From Paraspadella gotoi (Eukaryota; Animalia; Chaetognatha), in assembly GCA_051294375.1 (NCBI GenBank), contig CM119271.1:15072770-15136769 (forward strand): 64,000 nucleotides of DNA, written 5' to 3'. Shown one piece after another: positions 12,544-25,429 of the stretch. The position numbers and the translations under genes are program-made. Each line of letters opens with the position of its first letter. Position 1 is the stretch's first letter. The notes below the pieces were generated by a model. That model was not told the origin of the DNA. It ran no database searches and saw only the letters and a program-made list of their open reading frames with translations.

Positions 12544-12976
12544 TACAGAAGGCTTCATATTATAAAATGAGGTACCGTTCGTCGTTGCTTAAGGGTATGC
12601 ATCCCACACCTATGCCCTACTTCTCGCTCACTATGGCAATAAGTCCGTCTACTCTCAAGACAGTCACTCTGGGCTTGAGGACCCCAGTGTGCTGTCTTGG
12701 AGGGTGCATGTGTGGCGAATCCTAAATTTGTCTCCCGTAAAGCTTGGTGAAACTCAGCTCGTCCCATTGGCTTGGACACCAACCGTGAGTTCCGAGTTCA
12801 ATCCCCTTACGCCTCACGGTCACGCTGGTTAAAGTGTGATGGTGTCGGCATAAACACGCCAGTGACATGGTCCAAAGCCCTGAGCGGCAGCTGTCGGGAG
12901 ATGCCTCACACCCCAGGCATCACACATGTCCCCCCGTTCCCATAGTACCTCATTTTATAATATGAAGCCTTCTGTA
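12544..12976. mobile_element. 32-bp perfect inverted repeats (TA-flanked mini-MITE/palindrome) enclosing an insertion
   Basis: TACAGAAGGCTTCATATTATAAAATGAGGTAC (12544-12575) is the exact reverse complement of 12945-12976. Central GTAC is present on both sides of the insert. Confidence 0.7.
12711..12944 (+). mobile_element. Twister-ribozyme LTR-like element, family A (ribozyme internally deleted)
   Basis: Homologous to 33970-34209 and 49876-50132. Lacks the P3 3' strand and the start of P4 (AGTGACATGGTCCAAAGC). Confidence 0.85.
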
Positions 12977-13431
12977 ATATTTTATTTATAATTCGGATAA
13001 ATCATTTGATTCCGACCTTGTTGTTAATTTTAACTGTTTTCATCGTTGAATCTTCGCTTTTTCAGATAAAAGTTACGAAAAGGATCTCACTGTAAAATCG
13101 TTTCAAGCTTCCGATCTGTTGTTGTTGTCCTTTTGCATCCAAACATTAAAGTCGTCGAAAACAATGTGGACTTGGACGATTCGAGAGTCGGTCACTTGAA
13201 ATCATTTCGGCGTCGCTTAAGAATCCGTCACTTCGACCAAGATCGCTCAGGAATTCTCGATTTAATAAACACTGAAAAACTAAGGAACGAAACTGACTTC
13301 AACTGTAATTCATCTAAAGTCTTTTTACGCCGAACTTCGCCTTTTATTTAATCCTCATCGCGGATTCCCCTCTCCCCCACTTAACTTTCGCCCCCCCCCA
13401 CCTTTAACCCCCCCCCATTTTACTCGAGGTC

Positions 13432-15414
13432 ATGGTCGGTTTTGAACCCGGCTGCGTCCAACTCTCCAAGTTCGAGTATGGATTCGCCAGCGCCTCCAGC
13501 GGAGTCCTTACCCGCTGCGTCTGTCAACCATTTGACGTTGTCAAGATTCGGTTTCAACTTCAGTTGGAACCGATCAAGAAAGGATCCCAGGCCAAATACA
13601 CTTCAATCTATCAGGTGAGATCAAGAAAGGATCCCAGGCCAAATACTCTTCGATCTATCAGGTGAGATCAAGAAAGGATCCCAGGCCAAATACACTTCGA
13701 TCTATCAGGTGAGATCAAGAAAGGATCCCAGGCCAAATACTCTTCGATCTATCAGGTGAGATCAAGAAAGGATCCCAGGCCAAATACACTTTGATCTATC
13801 AGGTGTGATCAAGAAAGGATCCCAGGCCAAATACACTTCAATCTATCAGGTGAGATCAAGAAAGGATCCCAGGCCAAATACACTTCGATCTATCAGGTCA
13901 TTTTTTTTTAAAGGCGCCTCTTAAATAAACGAAAAGGCCCAGGTTGTTTTCAAAAAACCAGTTAAAGCCATATGTCTTGTCAAATTTTGGGCTTTTTTGA
14001 AATACGCAAACTTTTTATATGTAAAAGTTAATTTTAAAATGCTGAATATGTTTAAAATATGAAAAAAAAAATTTAAAAATTAAAAAAATCTGGGCCTTTT
14101 CAAATTTTTTTTGAAAATACCTCCAGCCCCTGGTCTTTTCAAATTCAAGTTAAAAAACCCTTCTTTCAACATATCATTTAATCAGTAATCGAGCAACAGA
14201 AAAACATTTCTTCTCAACGGGCTTTCCAATCTCTTCTAAGGCCTTCAAGAAGATCCCCCGCGAGGAGGGCCTCCGCGCTCTCTGGAAAGGCCTCGTCCCC
14301 GCCCAACTTCTCTCCGTCGTCTTCAACACGTCTCAGTTCGTCGCCTTTGAGGTCGTGACCCGCAACGCGTTCGGCGTCCTCCCTCCCATCATGCAGTCGC
14401 CCGACCTCAAGCCCGTCACTCATTTCATCTGCGGCGGACTCGCCGGTTGCGCTGCCACAGTCATTGCTCAGCCTTGCGACGTGCTGCGGACGCGCTTCGT
14501 CGCGCAGGGCGAGCCTCGGCGGTATACGTCCATTCCGCAGGTATGGGGCGGACGCAGAAAATAGGAATGTCGGAGATGCCGAGGAATTCGAGATGAAACG
14601 CGATTCGATTTAAATATTATTCATTTATTACTCCTTCATTTTCATTTATTAATTTTTAAAACTTTACCGGGTTGATAATGTTATTTTAATTTACTAATCT
14701 TAAACTCTATCCAATCCAGGCGGTTTCTTTGCTCATGAAAGAGGAGGGTTTCTTCGCCTTGTACAAAGGCCTGGCCCCGACTCTGCTCCAGATCGGACCG
14801 CAGACGGGCTGCCAGTTCGGCTTTTATGCGGTGCTAACGTCGTTGTGGGCTCTGGCCTTCTCTCGCTTGGACGGCGCCTTCGTCGGCCCCGCGGAATCAC
14901 TCGTGTGCGGCGCCGTGGCCGGCATGTCGGCTAAAGCGGCCGTCTATCCCTTAGACATGATCAAGAAACGTCTGCAGGTGCTTTTTTTAATTTCCGCGGT
15001 CAAGTGTTAATTTCGTTAATTTCGTCCCGATTTATTTTGTCTTATACCACTTTTAGTGAAGGTTTATTTACATATACACACATACATTTCTCAAGTTTGA
15101 ATATTTTTCTTCTCTCCCAGGTTCAAGGGTTCGAAGCGGCCCGTCGCGGCTTCGGCGAGTCTCGACGCTACGAGGGCATCCGCCACTGCGTCCGCGACAT
15201 CATCGTCGTCGAAGGCTCCCGCGGTCTCTTCAAGGGTCTCGCCCCTTCTCTCCTCAAGTCGGCCGTCGCCTCCGGAGTCAACTTCTGCCTCTACGAGCAA
15301 CTCTGCAACTTTTTCCGCTTTTACCGCTTGAAGGATAGCGGCGGCGGGGGCGGAGGCGGGGGCGGCGGCGGCGGAGGAGGATCCTTCAAGGAGAGCGCCT
15401 TCGCCGTCAGCTGA
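13432..15414 (+). CDS. SLC25A19: Mitochondrial thiamine pyrophosphate carrier (exons ~13432-13614, 14241-14540, 14720-14977, 15121-15414)
   Basis: Three carrier signatures PFDVVKIRFQLQLEP, PCDVLRTRFVAQGEP and PLDMIKKRLQVQGFE, plus GLFKGLAPSLLK, typical of SLC25A19/Tpc1. Confidence 0.9.
13572..13898 (+). repeat. 7 x 47-bp tandem repeat of the exon-1 3' end including the splice donor
   Basis: Unit GATCAAGAAAGGATCCCAGGCCAAATACACTTCRATCTATCAG|GTGA starts at 13572, 13619, 13666, 13713, 13760, 13807 and 13854. Confidence 0.95.
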
Positions 15415-16002
15415 CGGGACGCCGCGACGTCGGAGTGGGATCCCCGCCACGGGGGCGCGGGGGGAATCGCGTCTCGGTCTCATCCCTCTTCGACGTCGCG
15501 CGGACACTTTCGCCCTTCGGACGGTCGTCGTATTTTCGACGATGACGAAGACTTTCCCAGCTGCATGCCGCTCTCCGACTCTTTCGTCCACGACGGGTCC
15601 ATGGAGGACCCGCCAATCACGGAGTGCTTCAAGTGCGACGTGGAGAGATTCGAACACGAGCATAGGATCGGCCCGGGTCATCAACACCAGAGAAGGTCGG
15701 GTGCTGGTGGTGGTGGAGGAGGAGTGTGAACGCAAAGTAACCTTCGTTATCGGGAAAGCCTTTGCTGTTGCAATAAACGCTCCTGTGCTTCATGCGCCCC
15801 ATTTTATTGTTTGGCGCTAGCTATCTTTCTTTTTTCTTTCTTACCCAAAGATAAATGCTTTTAATGAAAAAAAAAAGTTTTATTTGTTAACAACGCGCTG
15901 TGTGTGCCGGAAACTGTTTGAGTACCCGAAGGTACCGTTTCGAAACAAGGTCGTTATTTGGACTATTGTTGTTGTTGTGTTAGGAACGAAATTCTTCCTG
16001 CG

Positions 16003-16067
<65 letters not shown>

Positions 16068-16331
16068 CTTTACTCAAGTCGATTTTTTTATATCGCAACT
16101 CGTCCAATTTTAACGCGTGTTATCATTGTCAATGAAAATTCGTTAGCGGCTCAACGATGTTATATAAGTAATTTATTCACTATTGACGTAGTTAACCGAT
16201 ATTTTAGTTACGAATTTGATCCGTTGAATTTAAAAAAAAAAAAACACCGTTGGTTTTTTTCCCTTTTTTCTCGCGTTAAGAAATAAACGAATAAAAGAAG
16301 AAGCGAACTAAAGTTAAAAACAAAAGAGAAG

Positions 16332-18800
16332 ATGGAAGACATTTTCGACGTGGACGATCTTCGCAAGCTTAAACTGCCAGAACTGAAGAATCTGTGCAAG
16401 CAAAACTCGGTGCCGAACACAGGAACCAAGGAGACGCTCGTCAAACGGCTCATGACCGCCCTCGGGTTGGAGGAAGACGACGACGACGACGAGGGGGTCG
16501 ACGAAGACGCCCTCTTGAAAGACGACGATGACGAGGCCGCCGCCGCCGCCGCCCCCGCCGCCGTTCAGGGAAACGTCGGTGACGCATTGGTAAGTTAGTG
16601 TTTTTTAAATTATAAATGTTTAACTTGAGCGAAAAATTATTTCTTTTGTATTTTTATTTTATAATGTTAGATAGTTCTTGGTGTTATAGAAAGTTTTTTT
16701 CAAGAACTATTTATCAATGTTTACGACGCAGGATTCCGACGAATCTCCCAAGAAGACAGAACCGTCGATTCCAGTCGGAAACGCCGCCGCAGCCGCATCC
16801 GCAGCCTCCGACGCCGTCGAACCGACAGAAAAAGACAAGGAAGCGAAAGGAGAAGAAAAAGAAACAGAGGAAAATGTAGCGAAGGATAAAGAGAATAAGA
16901 TCGAAAGGTAAGTTCTAAGTAAGAAGAGTCCATTTCGATAAATGATGATTTTTAATTGTAGATGATTTTTAATTGTAGATGATTTTTAATTGTAGCAGGT
17001 TTGATAAGGTTTATATAGTAGTCTTATTTAACTATTTTAGCAATACTTTAATAGGTTTTTATAATAATTTAGTTACAATCTAAATCCCTAACCCCTCTTG
17101 TTTCCGCCAGTCCGGCGAAAAAGCGAAAGATCGAACCACCCACCCCGGCGGAGAAACCACCCGGACAAATGAGCGACGCCGATCGCCTCAAGATGCGCGC
17201 CGAAAAGTACGGCATCTCTAAACCGGCGCTAAAGTCCAAGGAAGAACGGGCGGCGCGCTTCGGTCTCCCGGCGACCGGGAACGCCGCCAAATCCGGCGCT
17301 AAAATCGGTGGCGGCGCCGGCAAGAACGTCACCGCCGAAGACTTGGAAAAGATGAAGCAGCGCGGCCTTCGCTTCGGCACCTCGGTCTCCTCGGCCATGA
17401 CCTCTGTCGACGCCCAGGAGCGCATCCAGCGGCGAAAGGAGCGCTTCGGCGAAGTCGCAACGACGACGACGACCGTCGCTGGCGGTTAGTGGTTCTACCA
17501 ATTTTGTCACAATCAGTTCCTTGTATTTTGAAGTTAGTGCGGAGTAGAATATTGTATTTCCCGATCTAATGTAAAGGTAATGGTATGGCAACAGCCGGGT
17601 TGCCTGTGATGCCCATTGGGATGGGGCATCTCACTGTTGGCTTTGGGGGCTTCCGACCCTCAGTGACGCCTCCAGTCACTGGCGCGGTTACCCTAGGACG
17701 GTCTCGCTTTCCCAACGCAGAAGGAAGTCGTTAGGACTGTGGATTAAGGCGTAGTAAAATTTCTAAATTTAACTTTAATTAAAATTCTAAAAGTGAGGAA
17801 CGAACAACATTATATTAATAAACATTTATGTAATAAAAAAATTTATATTAAATTTTACAATTTACGCAGTAGGCCATATTTATACTAATACTAAATCAAT
17901 AAATGTTAAAATTTCAAAACAGTTTTTTATAAGATTTTTTTGCAGATTTGGATTTGTCATAAAAAGTTGACAAAAAGAAATATAACTCTTTTTGAAAAAT
18001 TCCTTCATTAAGTGGCTCAAAAATTAGAAAAAGCTATATTTTAAGCTGAAAATAAACTTTTTATATTAAATATAGTTTTTTTAATTTTTAACCCATTTAA
18101 TGAAAGAATTTTTAAAAATGATTTATATTTTCTTTTATCAACTTTTGACGAGGAATTCAAATCTGCAATCAAAAATAAGAAAAGCTTATTTTGAAATTTT
18201 TCGATTTTATAAGGATAGTACTATATATAAATATAGCCTACTGCAAAAATTAAAAAACATAAAATTAATTTTTTTTACAAATTAATGTTCACTGATGGTA
18301 TGTTGTTCATAATTGACTTTTAGAATTTTCGTATGTAACTTTTACTACGCCTTACTGTGGATGGAACACTACATCTGGGATGGTGTGTTCCCCCTCTGAG
18401 CCAATGGATTTGGCTGAAGGATGGTGGACGTGAGGCTGTGTGAATATACCGCCACAATGGGCCTTTTATCCAAAAATAAAACTTTAAAAGAATATTGTAT
18501 TATTTTACCTCTTCATTGATGTTTTTAGGGATTTCCACAAAGATTTCCACTCAAGAGTTTGTTCCTGACTCTGCTATGTTATTGTCTTTTGAGGGATCGA
18601 GGCCTTAGCCCACTTACTAATTTAAGTACTTGGCCTCAATTTTTAAATCAATATCTCGTTCAGGAAAAAAACCAGCGGAGAAAATAGACGAAGCTAAACA
18701 GAAACGCGCGGAACGCTTCGGAATCAACGCCGACTCTTCCGCGCCATCTTCCGCCGACGAAGAGATGAAGAAGAAAAGAGCGGAAAGATTTAAATTGTAG
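16332..18800 (+). CDS. SARNP: SAP domain-containing ribonucleoprotein (CIP29/Tho1-like); exons ~16332-16589, 16732-16907, 17111-17484, 18664-18800
   Basis: N-terminal SAP domain LRKLKLPELKNLCKQNSVPNTGTKETLVKRL. Repeated RAEKYG, RAARFG, RKERFG and RAERFG motifs. Confidence 0.85.
17636..17716 (-). ncRNA. Type-P5 twister ribozyme (family B)
   Basis: GTTGG-GAAA-GCGA-GA-CCG-TCCTAGGG-T^AA-CCGC-GC-CAGTGAC..GTCACTG-AGGG-TCGGAAGC-CCCC-AAAG-CCAAC. T1 is CCG/CGG. Confidence 0.75.
17745..18354. mobile_element. hAT-type MITE
   Basis: 15-bp perfect TIR TAAGGCGTAGTAAAA, 8-bp TSD CTGTGGAT, AT-rich quasi-palindromic interior. Confidence 0.85.
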
Positions 18801-19531
18801 ACTTAGCCACGCTCCCCTTTTTTAGCCTTAGGCCCGATCGGGGGGAAAGGGGTCATCCTGTCTTGTTTTCCCCCCCTTCCCCCGCGCTCGCTCTGTAGAC
18901 GGTGAAATTATATAACCGCCATTTGTGTTGTCTCTTCACTTAAGCGACGTTAATTGTTAGTCGCTGCTCTCGTTGTTTGTTGTTTTTTTGTTTTGTTTTT
19001 TTAAAAATAGTCTCGACGTGGAAGATTAAATGATCTCTTTATTATTTAAATTTAAAAATTTGTTTAAAATTAACAAGATTGCAAATTTGCCTTAGTTATT
19101 CTTTCACGTCGACGTTTTTTGACGGAGCCTGTGTCTCTCTCTCTCCTCTCCTCTTTTGTGATTAGGTTTTAATATTGCGTTACATGTTCGACATTCCTGT
19201 TCATTTTTGTCCTATATCGACCTCATTCTCTCTACTTCGCGGCTCGCCCTTTTTTTTTCGCTCAGAATTCAAATCATTCATTTGGTTTTCGACGAAATGA
19301 GCTTCTCGAAAGAAGAAACTTCCGCCTGCGTTTCCGGTCATTGACTTTTTCTCGGCGCCGAAATCATAAAAAGCAAAACTAGAGGGACGAGAGAAATTTA
19401 AGAAAAAACATTAATTCGATCGGGGACGAGGGATTTTTTTATTTTCGCCTTCGCTCCCGATCCTCTTTGAGCCGCGTCCCTTCGCCAGCCTTTTTAGATC
19501 CCCCGAGCATCAAGAACCCACTTTTTCGATC

Positions 19532-22500
19532 ATGTCGACGGCGCCGTTGCTCAAGTGGAAGAGGACGACGGCGACGACGGGGCCGGCGCCGCGTCCGCGT
19601 CACGGCCACCGCGCCGTCGCTATCAAGGACCTCATTGTCATCTTCGGCGGAGGCAACGAGGGGATCGTCGACGAGCTCCACGTCTACAACACGACGACCA
19701 ACCAGTGGTTCGTTCCCGCAGTTCGAGGAGAGATTCCGCCGGGTGAGTCTCCTTGGGAATTGGGAAAGAAGGATGTGTGGAAATTTGAACAAAATACTTA
19801 GCGAGATATCACAAGCACTAAAAAACTTTGTATTGGCTACATGTATTTAACATACATTTTGGGAGTTTATTCGATTTTAGATAAAATTAAAAATATATAC
19901 ACACAATTCAAATTCATTACTCGAAATTTTTAATTTCGCCGAGAAAAAAGTTTAATGTGGTAACTATTAACAAACTACAAAAGCACCTCCATAAATAATA
20001 TTTTTTTAATATTAATTTTTTCACTCGATTTGGCTTTTCCACCTCAGGATGCGCCGCCTTCGGCTTCGTCAACGACGGAACCCGAATCCTCGTCTTCGGC
20101 GGGATGGTCGAGTACGGCAAATACTCGAACGAGTTGTACGAGCTGCAGGCTTCCCGTTGGGAGTGGAAGAGACTCAAACCCAAGCCTCCTCGAAACACGG
20201 GGCCTCCGTGCCCTCGTCTGGGTCACAGCTTCACCCTGGTCGGCAACCGCGTCTACCTTTTCGCCGGCCTTGCCAACGACAGCGAGGATCCCAAGAACAA
20301 CATCCCTCGCTACCTCAACGACGTCTACACTTTGGAGCTGACGGCCAACTCCTCGCAGATGTCCTGGGACCTCCCGCCCATCGGCGACCCGGCGCCGCCG
20401 CCGCGCGAATCCCACACCGCCGTAGCTTTTTGGGGCCTCGGAGGCAAAGAGCTGGGAGGGAGGCCCAAGCTCATCATCTACGGCGGAATGAGCGGATGCC
20501 GGCTGGGCGATCTCTGGTTCCTCGATTGCGACACTCACCAGTGGAGCAAGCCAGTGATTAGGGGCATGCCGCCCTTGCCCAGAAGCTTGCACTCCTCCAC
20601 TCTCATTGGAAGCAAGATGTACGTCTTCGGCGGTTGGGTTCCTCTCGTCGTGGAGGACATTTCCAAGGGGCAGAGTGGCCACGAGAAAGAGTGGAAGTGC
20701 ACCAATGCATTGGCCTGTCTCGACTTGGAGAAGATGCAGTGGGATTCTCTTTTTATGGAGAACTTCGAGGACACTGTTCCTCGCGCCCGCGCTGGCCACT
20801 GCGCTGTCTCCATCAACACTCGTCTCTGGATCTGGTCTGGACGCGATGGTTACCGCAAAGCGTGGAACAACCAAGTATGCTGCAAAGATCTGTGGTTTCT
20901 TGAAACGGAGAAGCCTCCCGCTCCTTCGCGCGTTCAGCTGGTTCGCGCGTCGACCAACACTCTCGAGGTCTGCTGGAGCGCCATCTCCACCGCGGATGCT
21001 TACCTACTGCAGCTGCAAAAGTACGACCTTCCGCCACAAACGACCCCGCCGACTCCAGCGGCGCTGCCTCAACCTCAGCCCCAGCCTACAGCTGCTGCTT
21101 CGCCGGTGAAACTCGCTTCGCCAGTTCCTCAGCCACAGATCCGCATCCAAACGCCGCAGCAGCTGATTAGCAATGGCGCGATCCGACCACAAGCTGGCTC
21201 TCCTTCGGTCCAACCGTCGGTCTTGCAAAGGACGGGGCTCATTTCCAACGCCCCCAGAATGGCAACCGGAAGTGTGGCCGCCAGTGTTCAGAGTCGCTCA
21301 CCCATTACGCTCACCAGCCAGCAGTATCAACAGATCAAAGTGGTCGGCCCCAGCGGTCAAGTGGTTTTGCCTCAGTCATCTCTGAGCAATCTTGGTCAGG
21401 GCGTTAAGCTCGTTTCCGCTGGTGGTGGCCTCATTCAAGTTTCCGGTGGAAATCTCATTCAAGTTTCATCCGCTGGACAAACGACTTCTGGAAGCAACAT
21501 GAGTGGGATCGCAGCATTAGCCGCTGCAGCCGCCGCAACGCAGAAGATAACGACGACGACCCAGACCCTCACTATGGCCACACCCGGGAGCGGCACCGGG
21601 AGTGCTCAGCAAGCTCAGACCATCTTGGCTTCATCTCCATCGGCTCAGGGCGGCATTAAAGTCGTTACTCCTTCCACCCTATCGTCCGCTGTCAAATTGG
21701 CCCCTCAAAGTTTGATCAAGGGTGGGCAAATCATTCAACAGGTCGGAGGCCAGACCCTTAACCTGCAGAACCTGCAAGGCCAAACGGTGCAGACCATAAC
21801 TGGAGCTGATGGACAAAAGCGCCAGATCATCACCATTAATAAGGCGGCCGCTGGAAGCGGACAACAAGTTACCCTCCTCAAAAATTCACAGAGTGGCACC
21901 ACGGCCACAGTTCCCAGAATCATTCAAGGGACAAGCGCTATGACATCGGGTATTCAAACGGCTGGCACTAAGTTACCCTCTGGCACTACCATTGTTAAAG
22001 TCGTAACAAGCAACGCCGGGAATGTTCAGCAAGGTGGTCAGATCATCACTGGCTTCAATGCCCAGGGCCAGCCTGTTCAGATTGCTACTAAACCCGGGGC
22101 TCAATTCATCAAGACAGTCCCTCAGAATGTCATTCAACTGGGAAAAGTCGGTGCCCTTCAAGGAGCCCAGGTGGCCAATCAAGGAGGAAAAACGGTTGTT
22201 ATTGCGGCACCTAAAGGTCAAACCGCGCAGAGCGGAGCCCAGATCGTTCAAGGGGGAAGCATCGTCAAAGTTCCCGGTGGGGCGCAATATATTGTCATGA
22301 ACAGCCAAGCTGGAGCCGCGGCCACGGCCGGAAATGTCACGACCAATGCTACTAACCTCCAAGGCTTAAGAGTCATTCAGTCCGGACAAGGTCAAAATAT
22401 TTCGCAAATTCTCTCAACTGGAAACGTTCAAACGACGCAGGGCAACCGAATCATTCTGAATCAAGGGACGCAAGGTGCTTCGGTCGCGGGTCAGCAAATC

Positions 22501-25429
22501 CGCGTGGTCCAAAGGCAAGGCGCCAATGGGCAAGTGGAGTACGTGATGGCGCCGCAGGGCGCAACGTCGTCGCCGACTATAAAGTCGCTACCGTTGCACC
22601 AGACGGCCGGCGCCCAGCAAGCCACCATCAGCGGAACCACCACTGCCAACATAGTTCCATCTTCTGCCATGATCGGGAATCAAAAGGTTCAAATCATCAA
22701 GCAGATGGGCCCGCAGCAAATCATTCAATTATCCGGTGCCAACACTCAGACCTTAACGCAGGCAATTTCTTCTGGAAACATTTCCACCATTCAAGCGGCG
22801 AATACTACTTCCGCGGACACGGCCTTATCCTCTAGCGGATTGGCCGAAGTCGCCGCCGCCGCTGCTGGGATTTATCCGGACCAACAGGGAGCGGAGTCTG
22901 AATCGGCAGCGCCCGAGGATCCCGGAACCATCACGGTCAAGCTGCAGTCGGACGACGGTTCCGAGCCTCGAACCGTCACCCTCACCCCGGAGCAGTTTGC
23001 GCAACTTCAAGCACAGGGAAAACTGCCGCAACTCGATGGAGCCGGGGATGAGAAAGAAAAGGACGCGGAATCCGCGATGGAGACGACGACGGAGAAACCC
23101 GAAGGTTCTCAAGAGACCGAAGAAGAAGTAGGAGAAGCGGAGCAAGCGGCCCCTGCCGCAGCCGAGGCTGAAGTTGCTGTAGCAGAGGAAGCAGTCGAGG
23201 CTGCTGCAGAACCTGACGCGACCGCAGAGAAAGCTGCTGACGAAGCCGCCGAAGCGGAGGTGCCTGCCGATGAACCGGAAGCCGCTACGGTGGAAACTCC
23301 TGCGGTGGAACCTCCGGCCGAATCGGCCGAATCCGCGATGGAGACAGGAGAGGAAGACGCCGCCGTTCCCGTTAGTCTTCCTTCGACTGCCCCGACAGAA
23401 GTCAGTCCAGTGAATCCAGATGCCAGTCAACTTCCTACGATTGAACAAGTTTCGTCCGAGAGTCAGGATATCGCGCAACCAACTTCGGAATCGGCGACGG
23501 AAGATCAAGATGCCGCCGTTGCCACATCCGCTGCGCAGACAGCGTCCACGTCTCAGCATGACGCACCTCCAGTTGCCAAAACTGTCCCCACCACCTCGTC
23601 CACCGAAATGAGCGCCATTCCAGCGCAACAGGCGCTCGCGGCCCCCGAGGAAGTTCCCCCAGTCGCTCAAGTTCCGAGTCAGCCTATGAACATGACCTCG
23701 ATGCTGCAACCAACCTCAATGGCCGCCGAAGCCGACGGAGCGCAGACCATTTCCTTAGACGGCTTAGATCCAGAGGCGGCTGCGAAGTTGGTGTCCGCCT
23801 TGAGCGGCGCCGTCGCCGGTCCGGATGGCACCATCGACGCCACTCAACTTCTCTCGGCCGCCGCCTCCGGATCCGGCGCCTCAGGCCTCGACAACGCCGA
23901 CGCCGTCAGCATCCTTCAGTCGCTTGGCTACATTTTGCAGCCTCAAGGCGCCGAGAGCGACCTGCAGCAGGCGACGGAAGCCAACGACGTCAACGCCGCC
24001 GGCGCCGCAATGGTGGCCAACGCCTCTGGCATGGGAATCGCTTTAACGACACCCTCCACCGATCCTCAAGTCCTGCAGTCGACAACACTGTCCGTCGCCC
24101 AGCAGCAGGGCGCGACGTCCGATGACGCCGCTCTCGCCGCTCTGGCCTCCGCCGCCGTTTCTTCGGCCTCAAACGGTAATCTTGAGGGCGCCATCTCCCT
24201 CGCATCCAGCGCCTTATCGCCCGCCATTCAAGGCGCCGCACCGGCCGAGCCCGCCGTCGTCAAGGCCGCCGCTTCCGGCATCATGGTCACGACCGCCGCC
24301 GCCTCCTTGGCGCCCGCCGCACCCGCCGCTCCGCTCGGTCTCCTTCAACCCTCTGAGATAAAGAACGAGGCGACGCCTCCGCTGAACGCCTCCAACGGTT
24401 CCTTCCTCCCGCAGATGCAGCCGGAGCTGAAGGACGAGCCCGCGAGTTCTCAGGACGGATTCGATCAGGACAGCGCCAAATCCGATTCGGACGTCAAGAA
24501 GGAAAATCAGTGGTTCGACGTTGGCGTCATTAAAGGCGTCTCAACAGTCGTCGCCCACTATCATTTGCCCAACGAGTCCGGCGGCGGCGATGATATCGAC
24601 GTTGTTGCATCCGTCGATCATTCTCTCTTGCAGCGCGTGGAACTGCAGCCGGGTACCGCCTACAAGTTCCGCGTCGCCGCCATCAACGCCTGCGGCCGCG
24701 GCCCCTGGAGCGAAGTCTCCGCCTTCAAGACCTGCCTGCCCGGCTTCCCCGGCGCCCCTAGCGCCATCAAGATCAGCAAGGTTCGCGACAAGTCCTCCGA
24801 CGGCGCCCACCTCTCCTGGGAGCCGCCGCAGAATACGGCGGGCAAGATCACAGAGTACTCTGTCTACCTGGCCGTGCGGAACGCGCAGGGAGCGCCACCC
24901 CCGACGGCCGGCGGTGGAACCCAGCTGGCCTTTGTGCGCGTCTACTGCGGACCGCAACCCTCGTGCGTCGTCTCCTCGGCCAACCTCGCCGCCGCCCACA
25001 TCGACTACACGACAAAACCGGCGATTATCTTCCGAATTGCCGCCAGAAACGAGAAGGGATATGGACCTGCGACGCAAGTTAGATGGTTACAAGGTGAATG
25101 AAGTTTTCGACACGATATTTAAATGTTTTTAATCACATTAGAAAGTTATGGAAAGGAGAAATACCGAAATTTATAATAAGAAGTCCTAATTATCTGGCAA
25201 GAATAATAAATAATAATAAGAATAAATAATACTTATAAATAATAAATATTAAATCGAAAAAAATTGTTTTAAATGGTTAATTTTAAAATTTGAAAAGTAA
25301 ACGAATCGTTTTCCAGACACGGCGTCGTCATCCGGTCCTCCCGGCAAGATCGGCGTCAAGCGTCCAGCGACCGGGATCATGGGCGGACCCACATCGGACA
25401 AACGAATAAAAGACGATGGTTCCATGTAA
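19532..25429 (+). CDS. HCFC1: Host cell factor 1 (exons ~19532-19742, 20048-25093, 25317-25429)
   Basis: [35 protein letters not shown] and kelch repeats; [18 protein letters not shown]; C-terminal Fn3 [32 protein letters not shown]...[12 protein letters not shown]; basic NLS-like tail. Confidence 0.97.

Larger units (their letters stand above)
17584..18456 (-). mobile_element. Twister-ribozyme LTR-like element, family B, interrupted by a MITE
   Basis: Minus-strand ends TGTGGCGG...GTTGCCATA, TSD ATGG/ATGG. Homologous to 55878-56132. Twister at 17636-17716. Confidence 0.85.

Noticed and set aside
12670-12690. Twister-like loop GGTCCTCAAGCCC on the minus strand
   Set aside because: Sits in a simple long hairpin with no P2, catalytic GA or UAA context.
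13572-13898. CRISPR-like array
   Set aside because: Contiguous tandem units without unique spacers, in a eukaryotic context with no cas genes.
16005-16060. (CT)n tracts here and at ~26740 and ~37563
   Set aside because: Ordinary microsatellites.
22825-23709. 294-aa antisense ORF and other overlapping ORFs within genes
   Set aside because: Shadow frames of GC-rich coding exons (HCF1 and others).
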